From the NCBI GenBank assembly GCA_020536535.1, contig JAHLWZ010000851.1:1-64000 (forward strand): 64,000 nucleotides of DNA, read 5' to 3'. A program made the translations under genes and the position numbers. The stretch comes from Pelomyxa schiedti (Eukaryota > Protista > Evosea). Under the pieces are notes generated by a model. The model ran no database searches and was not told the DNA's origin. It worked only from the letters and a program-made list of their open reading frames with translations. This document shows positions 26,778 to 38,661 of the stretch, piece by piece. Position 1 is the first letter of the stretch, and the number at the start of each line of letters is the position of its first letter.

Positions 26778-29700
26778 ATGGGCTACGTACTTCGCGACGT
26801 CTTCGTTTCTTTGTTGCTGTTCGCGCTTATGGGTTCCGCAGGTGTCTCCACTTGTTTTTTTCTTTCCTTCTCTTGTTTTTTTTTTTTTTCCCCTTTCTGC
26901 GGAATAAAACGTCATACGAACAAAAACCAAAACTAAACTAAACTAAACAAAACCAAACAAAATAGCAAAGATAAAGTCACCAGTGTTGAAGGTCCAAGAG
27001 TTTGGGCAATTTACTGTTGATGGAATGAGCGAGCCCATTCGCCGTATCAGCGGTGTATTTATGAATGACCTCACCTCGCCCAACAACGACACTGACTTGG
27101 TGCTGCTGCACTACGTGGGCCTCGACTTGGGGCTTTTCGCCTGGTGGACAGGCAGTCTGCCTCCAGAGAACTTGTACGTCGTGAGGCTGTCGCTATCGGA
27201 CCCGGCGGCTGGTTTGACAGTACTGCGGACTATGCAGAGACCAAGTACTGATGGAGGTAATGCTAGGTTTGTGAGGATATATGGGTGGCAACAATACGAC
27301 CCTGGAAACGTCGTTCTCGTTGGTGCTAATCCTACCCTGAGGATTGTGTTCAATACATCGGACCCGACCTATACTACCCCGGCAGGTAATGCCAAATATG
27401 GCACTATTAGCAGCCTGCAGCATTCAGGGGACAGTTCTTTTTTGGGAGCAACTGTCCCCCCAAAAACAAACCCCAGTGATCCCTGGTTTTCTGTGATGGT
27501 TGCACTCCAATACATGTCTGACGATCCCAATACCTATCCAAACAACCCCGCCCAATCTTTCCCCATGATGCTCCCTCCTGCCTTCAGTGCCTCCACTCCA
27601 AACCCCAGCACTGGGTCTAGCCCCGTTGACAATCTGTACACAGTTTGCAATGTTTCTTCACCAGAATGCGTCTTGTTCTATCAGAGTAACGCCACTGTTT
27701 CACGGGAGACTTGGATTGTCAGTGAACAGTCATCACCCTGGGTTGTTGTTGCCGCATGGAAAGATGCACTTTTTGTATTGCACACACCTTCCTGTGATGT
27801 AAATATGTCACTACCAACCTGTGCAGTCGCTGTCAACATTGGATCTGGGTTTGATTACTTGTGTGGTGCTCTGGATTCTAAAGCTGGTTTTCTGTTTGTA
27901 GGAACGGCTGATGGCTATGGAGTTAAGATCAACCTCACAGATTCAAAGATGAATTCAAAAACGATTTCCTTTGAGTCTGGTGCTATTATTGGTGTGGTTG
28001 CCGATCCCAAAACACGCACAACATTCTGGCTGGTGAAGGACCAAGGTATAAGACGTGTACAATACGACAACTTTGGATACGATAGCATTATGCAAATTCC
28101 AGTGGATGGGATTTCCTCAAATGGCACATGCCCCTGGAATGAGGATTCTGGGTTTCCAGACTACCAGCCATATCCCATTCCAGCCTATGGGTATATTAAC
28201 ACAGAATTCAACATTGGTTATTTCGTTGGACAGAAAAATATTGGCTGTCAGTTCTCAACTTATGTTATTTCTTTTGAATTATCTCATTGCAGCCAGTACA
28301 CTAGTTGCGGGGAATGCATCAGTGAGACTTCTGGTGTTGGTGATAAGTACTATTGTGCCTGGGACCGTTACAAACAGCAATGCTATCCAAAATACGTCAA
28401 TACAACCTCCCCTGTGGATCAAAAAGAATCCGATTGTATAATTGAGACTTCTGACGTTTCACCAACAGAAGTTATTGACAAGGCACCCCAACCACTACTA
28501 ATAACTGCCTACTGTAACTTCTCGGATGACTGTAACATCTCAACGGCTGAGTCGGTTGAAAAGCTGTGCGTCTTCACCTTTGACGAAGGTAGTAAGTTAA
28601 ATACTACCGCCAAAGGGACTGGAAATCTTGTAACGTGTCCAACTCCTTATCTGGAAATTGGTGCTTCAAAGGCTTCTGTAACAGCAACCTTAGAGTTGTT
28701 GTTCAATAGAATCCCAGTGTTCCAGAGTATAATATTGATCACATTCAAAAGCTGTGAAAATAAGACGACATGCGCTTCTTGTAAGGGTGGATGCAGGTGG
28801 TGCACACTTGGAAGTTTATGTACCGTGAACTGTACCGATGAAAAGGCCCCCCCGCCTGAATGCGTTACGCTGTACGATGCAAACCCTCGTACAAGTACTG
28901 TTGGTCTTCCAGAGACCATAACAATCTCTAGCAGTATTCTCCCCAACTTCACTGATACTGTCACGTTGGACTGTCTGTGGGAGAGTGGCGGAAATTTAAC
29001 CTATACAGTAGCCACCCCCCAACAAAAAAGTTTTCAATGCGACTCGCCGTCAGCAGCCTCCAACTACACTCTATCTGTGGTGTATAGTAACACTGTAGAA
29101 ACTCGTCAACCTCTTTACACACAGGACAGTGCTACAAGTGGAATGACACACAAAAACTTCAGCTTTGTTGTTCAAAGCTGTGAAGTTCACACCAACTGCA
29201 GTAGCTGTAGACCGTTGTCTCAACAAAACCATTCTGACAGTGAATGTATTTGGTGTGTTGATAATGTGGGTGCAAGATGCCTTAGCAAATCCAAGTGTAG
29301 TAATGGTAACACCTTTACTTACACTGGAGATCTGTGCCCCTCCATTGCAAGTTCCACTCCACAATACGTAGACAAAAATACTGACGTCTCGTCTGTGGAC
29401 GTGACACTGACGGATGATGGCGGTGTTATTACAACACTCCCTACTTCTCTTCTTTACTCCTGCTCGTGGCTGGATGATCTAGGAAACAACTACCAAGCCA
29501 GTGCTACTGGTGTCAGTGGACGAGTTATCACATGTCCAATCCCTGTATCACTCTTCGCAAAAACATATGACTTCACCGCCAGCCTTCAGCTATATTTAGA
29601 AGGCAGTCTTTTTGTTGAAGATACCACTTCTCTAGAACTATACTCCTGTACTTCGACTGGAAATGCTCCAATAAGTAACTGTACCCAATGTATGCTTTTG

Positions 29701-32016
29701 AATAAGGAGTACTGTGGATGGTGCTTAACAACTAGGACTTGCGCTTCTGCTGGAGGGTGTACTACACCAACAAGTTCCGAGTCTAAAGACGGCACCCTCT
29801 CACAACATGCATGTCCCTCAATTGATGTAACTGATCGCCCTACATCCACTCTGTCTATGGTACCAGGACCTATTACTGTTACAGGGAACGTGTTTAGCAC
29901 AGCCGTACAAAGCAATTTGACATGCGTTCTGAATGCATCTCAAGTCCAACAAACAATGAACTCATCAGTGACTGTTCTGAGCAGTACTACTGCTAGATGC
30001 AACTTTGATAGCAGATTTGCACCGCTTGATTCATATAATTACGCCTCTTTGGGGCTTACTTTAACCATCTTCCAATTTTTTGACAACCAGTCGATACTCT
30101 ATGCGTCATATGCACCAACATTCATTCTTGTTGATTGCAGTGATTCTGGATCTCCCAATCCAGCCTCCTGCACGGACTGCGGCAGAGCCAGGCCAACAGC
30201 TTGTAAATGGAATCTCAAATCCATGGAGTGCACAATGAACACAGACAACTTCACACAAGCCAATTGTCCTATAATCTCGGGTGTATCTCCAAGCTCTATA
30301 TGTGCGGGAGAAACAGGGTCAACAATAATAACAATTGCAAGTGACCCCGAGACACCAGAGTTCGGGTACAACGTCTCCTTTGGAAATCTCTCGACTGTCC
30401 CTTGCAACCCCATTTCTGAAACAGAATGTGAGGCAGCAATCCCACTTTGTTCAAGTTTGACAATCGTACCACTTGTAATACTGCGAAATGATATTAAATA
30501 CACCTACAACTACTACACGTTCACTTATCAGTACTGTGCACCTAGTGAAGAATCCAGTTCATCGGAAGAGAGCGTCACAAAATGGATTATAATTGGCGCA
30601 GTTTGTGGATTTTTCGTTCTTCTCCTACTTGCTCTGGGAGGCCTCGCAGGATTTGCCTTCTATCGCAGGCGTAAAGCAGGAGGGGATGTTTTTGAGTTTG
30701 ACTTGATAAAGAACAAGCCCGACTTCACAAAGTTGCAGTACGATGGTGAATTTTCTCGGGCCACTCCCACTGCTTCCTCGTCAAAGAGGCATACTATATG
30801 TGGACATCCAGAGCAACTTGCTAAAGCCCTGTTAAATCTCTCTGTGGCTAGGTCTGTGTGTGAAGTTACACAAGCCACGGAGGCTGACAAAGTTGCCAGC
30901 TCCTTGGTTTATGTCCATGCCTCAGCAGGGTCATCTCTAAAATTAATTAGCACCTTCGTGGAAGATGAGGTTACCAGAGTGCAAAACGAGTCCCTGCTCT
31001 TCCGTGCGAACAGCTTTGCTTCGAAAATGTTCCGGTCGTATAGCAAACTTCTTGGGCTAGAATATCTGTGGTACGTGGTTGTTCTATCCTGTGCCAACCT
31101 AATTACACTCTGAATCAAAGGTTCACACTTGGAGGTTTCTTGGCTGAGATGGCTTGGCTTGCCCAGCAAGACGAACTAAAGGCACAAGCACTTGCAAAAT
31201 TGCAACCCAAAGCAGCAGATGCAGATGCGGAACCGACTGATACATCAATGGCGGCGTCAGCTCAATTTAATGATTTCGAGGTCGACCCCACTAAAATGAA
31301 AGCTGGATTTGATGAAGAAGCACAATCCTATATGCTAGCCGAGCGTTCCAGAAAACTCCTTGTTGCTGTGTTACGCTCAAAAGATAGAATGCCACCTCAA
31401 ATAAGAGCATTAGTGAAATGTATAAGAGAGCAGGTCACAAAGCGATTCCCCGACGTAGAGAATATTGCTCACATAGCTATCGGCGGAGTAATATTCCTCC
31501 GTTTTGTATGCCGTTTGTTTTTCTTGCTGCTTCTCATTTCATGCAGATCTGTCCGGCACTCACTCTTCCCCATGTTTATGGACTGCTTAAAGCACCTCCA
31601 GATACCCGGCTCCAAAGGCAAGTTATCCTGCTGAGTAAAGTGATACAGAATTTGGCAAACGGTGTTCTTTTTGGTGGTAAGGAACCCTACATGCGCAACA
31701 TGAATGAGTTCATTTCCCGAAACCTTGATGGTTTGTACCCTCCTCACCCATCCCGAACTCCTGCTGACTTTCCGGCTCTTCCACAGAAATAAACGATTGG
31801 ATGGACAGCCTTGCCGATGTGAGCGACGCGGAAGAAGTCCGGGTTGACCTACCTCCCGAAGTTATGGAGCATGCCTTGTCCTTCATGCAGTCACACATTG
31901 AAACCAACAGGGGGAAGCTTCTTACTACATTACAGAAGAACGGGGTACCTCAGGAGGACATTGACCTACTCATGGGCTCTGTCACCACAACAACAACCAC
32001 CAGCACAGACAATTGA
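26778..32016 (+). CDS. Type I transmembrane receptor: signal peptide, ~430-aa N-terminal beta-rich region, 5 PSI + IPT/TIG-like repeats, TM helix, cytoplasmic RasGAP domain
   Basis: Signal exon 26778-26841. PSI-type motifs (e.g. CSQYTSCGECIS..YCAWD; SNCTQCMLLNKEYCGWC). TM WIIIGAVCGFFVLLLLALGGLAGFAFY followed by RRRK. RasGAP motifs LFRANSFASK, FEVDP, IGGVIFLRF|ICPAL, KVIQNLAN, KEPYM. Confidence 0.9.
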
Positions 32017-32221
32017 CCCCAAAAACTTCTCTCTTTGTTGTCAATAGCTTTGATGTTTATCCCCTACTAAAACCTTCAGCGTTGTGTTGGGCTTTTTTTT
32101 TCTGCTTCCTCTAATCCCTTGCAATTGCAGCACAATACAGCAATTCCCTGCGAACAAAAAAATCAAATCAGGATCGGCGATTGTATCATAAATTAAAAAA
32201 AACAAACCGGTGCAACATCAG

Positions 32222-34139
32222 ATGGCGAGCGAAGCAACACCCAAAGCGACCAGCGAGCCGACAGCGGCTCCGGTCGCGGCAACAACAACAACTCCCGCGC
32301 AGCATCAACAAGCGACAGCGGCCACTACTACTACACCGTCGTCGTCCCAACCACAGCCTTCCACGGCGGCCTTGCGTTCGTCTCCAGCTACACCCTCCGC
32401 TTCGCCCTCGCCCTCTTTGGGCTCCACGGCTTCGTCGGCTTCCGTGAACGTGGTGGCGTCGGCGGCAGTGCCTACCAAACAACAACTGCACCCTGAGTGG
32501 TATAATTGCAGAATGTACGAGAACAAGTACCCAGAACTGGAGGAGTTTGTAATGGTTATGGTCAAGAACATCACTGACATTGGAGCCTATGTCAATTTAT
32601 TGGTATTTGTTGATGTCTTCAGTTTTACGGCGTGCCCCTTTTCCTGACGAGGTGTATTCCAGGAGTACAATAACATCGAAGGACTGATTCTCCAGTCCGA
32701 ATTCTCAAGGCGCCGTATCAAGTCCATAAACAAACTGGTACGTGTTGGGAAGCAAGAAGTTGTAGTTGTTCTTAGGGTGGATAGAGATAAAGGTTTATTT
32801 TTCTCAGTACCCTTGACAAAACTAATCTCCTTAGGTTACATTGACTTGTCAAAACGACGTGTATCTTCAAAAGACTATGCTAAAGCAGAAGAGCGTTACA
32901 ATAAATCCAAAGCTGTATGTAGAGGCATTGGTTTATATAGTTGTTGAGTTGCGCAGGTAATGAGTATAATGCGACAACTTGCTGAAATCCACGAAACCAG
33001 CTTGGAGGAGCTCTACCAAATGTGTGCTTGGCCACTCTTTAAACGATTTGGGCACGCCTATGATGGATTTAAGCAAGCTCTAACGTATGCTTTTCAACTG
33101 TGCCCTTTTTTTTGTTCCTTGGTAATCAACTTCCTAGTGATCCAACAACAGTGTTTGAGGGAATGAACATTCCAGAAGCTATTTTCGTTGATTTAGATAA
33201 ACTTATCAAGAGGAGGCTCACACCACAAGCTGTTAAAGTTTGTTTTTACTCTTGCTAGCTTCCGCTTTGCTTACACCAGATAGATAAGAGCCGATATTCA
33301 GGTTACGTGCTTCCATTATGCCGGAATCGATGCTATAAAATTAGCTCTTGCAGCTGGAGAAGCGTGCTCGACTCCCGCTGCCCCAGTCCAAGTACACAAT
33401 TTCCATTTAGAAGAGCTGTGGGTCGAATATGAGTAACCAACACAAAAAACAAAAAGATTAGACTACTGGCTCCTCCAATGTTTGTTATGTTTACAACAAG
33501 CATAGATAAGGCACTTGGTATGGCCACACTTAACAAGGCAATTGAAGCAATCAAAGAAGTTATTGTTAAACACAATGGAGAGCTTGTTCTTAGCGTTGCT
33601 GTATGTAGTTCGATTTCTGAATTTTCCTCTAAAACTACCAATAGCCCAGAGCCGTAACAGAAACTGAGGAGAATGAATTTGAACGCGCCACACATAGGCA
33701 CGGCTCAGATAGTGAAGATAGTAGTGATGAAAGCAGTAGTTCAGATGAGTCCAGCTCTGATGAGGGATCTGGAACTGACAGTGAAGAAGAGGAGGGCATG
33801 GCACCAGGTGTTGGACCACTTACCCCAAATGTTGCCAAAGAAGTACCGGTGGCCACAAAGAAGACAACCAAAGCTACCGGCAAAGCACCCGCTACCAAAG
33901 CGGCACCCCAGAAAACTGGAGCCAAGCTGGCTACCAAATCCACACCCACAACAACCTCCACTTCCACCACAAAACCCTCTGGTGCTTCCAAGGCAGCATC
34001 AGGCAGCACACCCGCAACCAAACCCTCAGCAACGGCAACAACCACCAAGGCAACCGCAACCAAGCCAGCCGCAGTCGCCAAGCCGGCTGCAGTTGCCACA
34101 AAATCCACCACAACCAAAACACCAGCAAAAAAATCCTAA
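32222..34139 (+). CDS. EIF2S1: Translation initiation factor eIF2 alpha with low-complexity N- and C-terminal extensions
   Basis: [17 protein letters not shown]|[25 protein letters not shown] (Ser51 site), VLRVDRDK|[19 protein letters not shown]|IRADI. Confidence 0.96.
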
Positions 34140-34190
34140 TATCTACCCTATTTACTACAATCATTTTTGTTTGACAAGCCCCTTTTTCTT

Positions 34191-34738
34191 TCATTCGCGT
34201 TGGGTGCTCTGCCTTTCGTACGCGTCACTCAATTTATGGCACATAACACACTGTGCCACAGCCACAACAGCAGAAACTTCAGAAAAAATCCAACAGAGGG
34301 ACCACAGGATCCACACAGCAGGCCCGCAGTTGGATAATGAAGGGGCGGGAAGGAGGATGCTTGACGAGAAGGTGAGTGAGGAAGATTCTGACTCAGGAAA
34401 AAGGCCGTGCTTGCACCAGTAAACTGCGTCGCCTGAGCACACAAACAGGACTTCAAGGAGCAGGAGAAGCTCAAGTACTCCGACGTGCAGGGCAGTCCTT
34501 TTTTTTTTTTTGGGTGTTGAGAAAGGCACGTGAATCAGAATCAAGGTGTGTGGCAGTGGGAATACACGAACATCAAGTAGAAGAATCCTGTGCAAGGGGG
34601 TGCATCGAGGCAGCACTTCTTCTTCCTGGAGGAAGGGGCCTTAGTCTCCTCGTGGTCGTGGCCTTCCTCCTCGTTCACAATGCGTTGCAGGCTTTCTTGG
34701 TCGTTAATGCTTGTTGTCGGCTTGGACCGGAGCATCAT
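34191..34738 (-). CDS. Small protein with two predicted TM helices; unknown function
   Basis: Two exons: ...FFYLMFV|TALHVGVLELLLLLEVLFVC...AVWILWSLCWIFSEVSAVVAVAQCVMC. Confidence 0.5.
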
Positions 34739-35046
34739 AACCACAACCCACAGGCAGCAAAGCACCTGCCAGCCAAACAAGGCACAGGGGGCATTGGGGG
34801 AAAAGCCACTCACAGCCCCTGCTCCGAGAGTGAATGACAGCTGCACGAGGCAACTTCCAAACAAAACTCCCGCACACAAAAGCCCCTTTTTCCGTAGTAC
34901 ACCCACAGGGGAGTGGTGCCTCTTCATGAGTGAATAAAAAGATATCAAAACAAGCAAGAGACGAGAACGAAAAGAAAGAATAGAATTGGGGAGAGTGACA
35001 GGACCTGTGGTCTTTTCTTTTTTTATTATTTCATTGTGGTCTCGAT

Positions 35047-35788
35047 TTAAGAGGAAGATGTCTCACCACCAGCAAGGCCGTGCTTTTTGAGGTACTCGGA
35101 GAGCTCGTCCCACTTGGCGGTCTTCTCACCAAAGTCGTAGATGACGCAGCAAGAGCAGCCGACAACCTTGCGGGGAACGCCGTCCTTGTCGATTTTGCAA
35201 AGGCCTACCCACTCACCGAGCTTCATGGAGTCGGGTACCTGATCATAGCGGTGAGTGCGTGGCGTTGGGGATTCACAGTGTTGTGTTGTGTTGAGGTTGG
35301 GTGTGTGGGGTGCCGTGGGTGTCTTGTGTGTTTCCAGGTGGTTAGGGGTTGTGAAGAAAAAGTACCTTGATGAGACTGACTTTTCGTGTGGTGCAAAGAG
35401 CCTCAACCAAGCGGATGTAAGCGGGCTCCTCGCAATTTGAGGCGAGGACACACAACTGAGCTTTGCCCTTGTCGAGCATCTTGGCACATTCGCGCAGACC
35501 GCGAACAAGACCGTTGTGAATGAGCGAGATTTTAAGGACCTCCTGTGCTCTTGTCAGGGGACGCCATAAAAGCAAACAAATACTCCAACAAACGTCAAAG
35601 TACACAAAAAAAATGGCTACAACACGCGTTTTTTTTTTTTTTTTGAAACGAAAAATACGGACCTTGAGAACGTTAAGGATATCGGCACCTTCGCCCTCAG
35701 CAGGGGCTTCTTCGCCCTCAGGAGCGGTCGTTTCTGTCACCTCTTCCGTGGGTACTTCCGAAGTTTCCACATCTCCGTCCGATGCCAT
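35047..35788 (-). CDS. RPS12: 40S ribosomal protein eS12
   Basis: [67 protein letters not shown]; 3 exons. Confidence 0.97.
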
Positions 35789-35978
35789 TTTTGCGGAGTT
35801 CCTCGATGTGGGCCTGTACGTGCGAGTGTCGGCACTGAGCTTGCTAAATTTTAATGAAATTGATCGTAGAGATCCAGTCTCTCAGGCTTTTAATTTTTTA
35901 CAGTTGGGATATTTTCCGAGACGTAACTGTTTTTGGCAGTTGCTCCGATAGAAATTAAGGAAAGAAACGCGAAACGCC

Positions 35979-38456
35979 TCAGGAGCCTGGGTTGTGGTGC
36001 TGCTTGATTCGTGTGACTATTTCGTTGCACAGGTCTGTTCGGTTTTTTGGTAGAACATTAGTGGATGAGTTTGAATAAGATTTCAAGTACCAGCTGATTC
36101 GGACTCGTAGTCGTAGAATTTACCCTCCTTCTCTCTAAGGGAGAACTTTTTGTTCTTGTTGTTTGTGACACCCACATCAGAGATTTTGAATTTGTGCTGT
36201 TTAATGGTTACTTTTGCTTATGGTATAATGGGCACGTACTATGTCCGGTTCTGAACTACCTGCGCCTCCAAATACAACTGCCGCGGCGGACTTGAGTATA
36301 CCCTTTTCTTCTCCTTTCTTTACATTTTGAACATATATGTGTGTCTCATCAAACCAAAGTTTGGCTTCTTTCCGGCCTAATTTGCCAATATGTACAACAG
36401 GATATTTCTGGTTAAACGTGAGAATGTATCGGTAGTAAAACGCTGCATATTCTTTACTTTGACTTTTTCTTCCGGTGTAGTTTGGGTTTTTCCTATAGAA
36501 AAACAGAAAAGTGACTAAGGATAAGAGTGAATCTTTGAACCTACTGTTTCGAACCATTCTTACAATAGTGAATCCTGTGTCAAGAACAGACATTTTGTCG
36601 TCGCATGCTTCATCGATGTTTGCATACCAAATCTGGAATTGATCTGCCTTAAGCTTCGTCTTTGCGCAAACCTACAACAGAGTAAATTACCCATGAGTAC
36701 AGGCATTCTAGAACCTGGGCTTTCAATTGTGAGATTTTTAGGTCTCGCTTCAATAGAATCCCAATTGTTTGAGAACAGTTGTTGGGATCCAAATGGTCCA
36801 TAATTTCAACCCTCACAACCAATGGTGCTGGACCTTTATGTGGCTGGTTTGTTAGGAGGAAATTTTAACAGGGCCATACAATCAGGATCTAGAACAAGCG
36901 CAAAAGGCGTTCCATCACCAGGAATGACACGGTCATCATCGAGAGCTTTAATGATCGTCAAAGAAAGTGCTAAGTGTTCACAAACAAATACAACGCAACA
37001 AGGCACCACTCACCACACACCCCCATGGTCTTTATCAGGCTGGCCTCCTTTTTCCATATCGGCAAGGTAGAGGAAATATGCTTTAGGATTATCTTGCAAA
37101 ATTATACTGCGATCGATTTGGGAGTGTTCCCTCATATAATTGTACTTCTTGAGGACTTCCGCAATAGTATATCCAACTGTGGCTTTGCATGGAACCTGTA
37201 AAAAATGAGTTGGGGGGCTAAAGGAGAATGCCATACTTTAACTTTGATGGGTGTTTTGTAATCCGGAGGAAGTTGTACTGTAACGTCCACCATTGGGGGT
37301 GGTCGTTCAACAGTGACAATGGTCTGTGTCAAAAGGGATCGGCGGCTTGGGGTGCACAGAGGGAAGGCAACAAAGGGGGTAGGAGAAGGTGGCGCTAGAG
37401 CGAGATTGCTAGTTGCAGGAGCATTGCTGACGTTCAATTGTGATCTCTGCAGATGCTCCCGTGGGTTCGGACCTAGTTTTATTCTTAAACACCAGTGATT
37501 TTGGATTTCACAAACTGTTTCTCTTATTGAGAGGAGTGCCTTTCCCTTGTTCCAAGACTGTTCTTGTCTTAGCATCAAAAACAAGCTTGGCAGGTAGCGG
37601 GTCAGTGCTCAAGTCATTGCACTGAAGTGGTCGCTGATATTCAGTGAGGGGTTGGGCAAGGAGTGTATTATTGGGACTGTAAAAGGTATAACAGATTAGG
37701 GTTCTGATTCAAAAAATTTTAAAATAATTACCCTGTGGCAGTCCTCAGCTTCGAAAGTAGCTCTTGTATTGCAAAAGAATCAAGTATCGAATGTGAAGAA
37801 ATGTAATTAGAACCAGAGGAAAACACCTCCTCTGTTGGCTCCAAAGCATCCAACACTGTCTCGTGCTGCCGCGTGGGTGGCAGGGAGTGGGTAGTTAAAG
37901 GTGATAAGATACCCAAGCGAGGGAGTGGCGGGGGTGGGGGATTGTGAAGTTGTGGTGAAACAGGTGTGGAGGTCACTGCTGTGGAAATTGTGGAGCTGGA
38001 GGAATTTACAGGTATAATGGTTTGTGGTTGGGAACTTTTGGCAGCTGGGGTGGTTGTACCACTTACAGTAGTAGTAGAAGTTTGAGATGCCTGACTTCAG
38101 AAAGAGTCATCAAAGTGATTTGGCAACAAGTGAAGTTGTAATGTGAGGTTTTCTGTTTTGGGTGTGCAAGGTTTTACATTTGGTTAGTGCAGACAATTTC
38201 ATTGAGCCGTTCCTTCAGCATTGCCAGTTGCCGTTCAACATCTTCAAGCATTCCCCGTTGCTGTTAAAAAAAAGGTCATTTGCCATTCATTGTTGGCCAC
38301 TGCGCAGTTAAAAAAAAAAAAAGCACGGACAGCAACAGTACTTACATCAGCACCCAAATCACCAGTGACGAGAGGCAGACGATCTCGTGACAGCCTCACA
38401 CGATCCAAGATTCCATCTACATCACTCACCAGCCCACCCGCCGCCCCTCGTTGCAT
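35979..38456 (-). CDS. SIN1: SIN1/MAPKAP1/Avo1-like TORC2 subunit (CRIM, RBD-like, PH)
   Basis: CRIM-like ATVGYTIAEVLKKY..PKAYFLYLAD..G.PD..ALD; C-terminal PH QKYPVVHIGKLG..LWFDETHIY...YDYESESA|DLCNEIVTRI. Confidence 0.72.
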
Positions 38457-38661
38457 CTAATTCTTTTTTTTTTTATCGTTCCACCGAAAGACAGAGATTG
38501 GAGGGACTAAACACTCGGCAGGGCTTTCACTCTGCCTCCCCATACAGTGCCACTCTCAGAGGCCAGTCCATCTCCCCCCCGAAAGAACACTCCCTGAGGC
38601 TTTGGAAGCCGCACCAGATGGGAGTAACTTCAAACGCAGTTGCAGAAATTAAACGAAAATA

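Noticed and set aside
35240-35364. Intronic snoRNA in the longer RPS12 intron
   Set aside because: CA-rich low-complexity sequence without properly placed C/D or H/ACA boxes.
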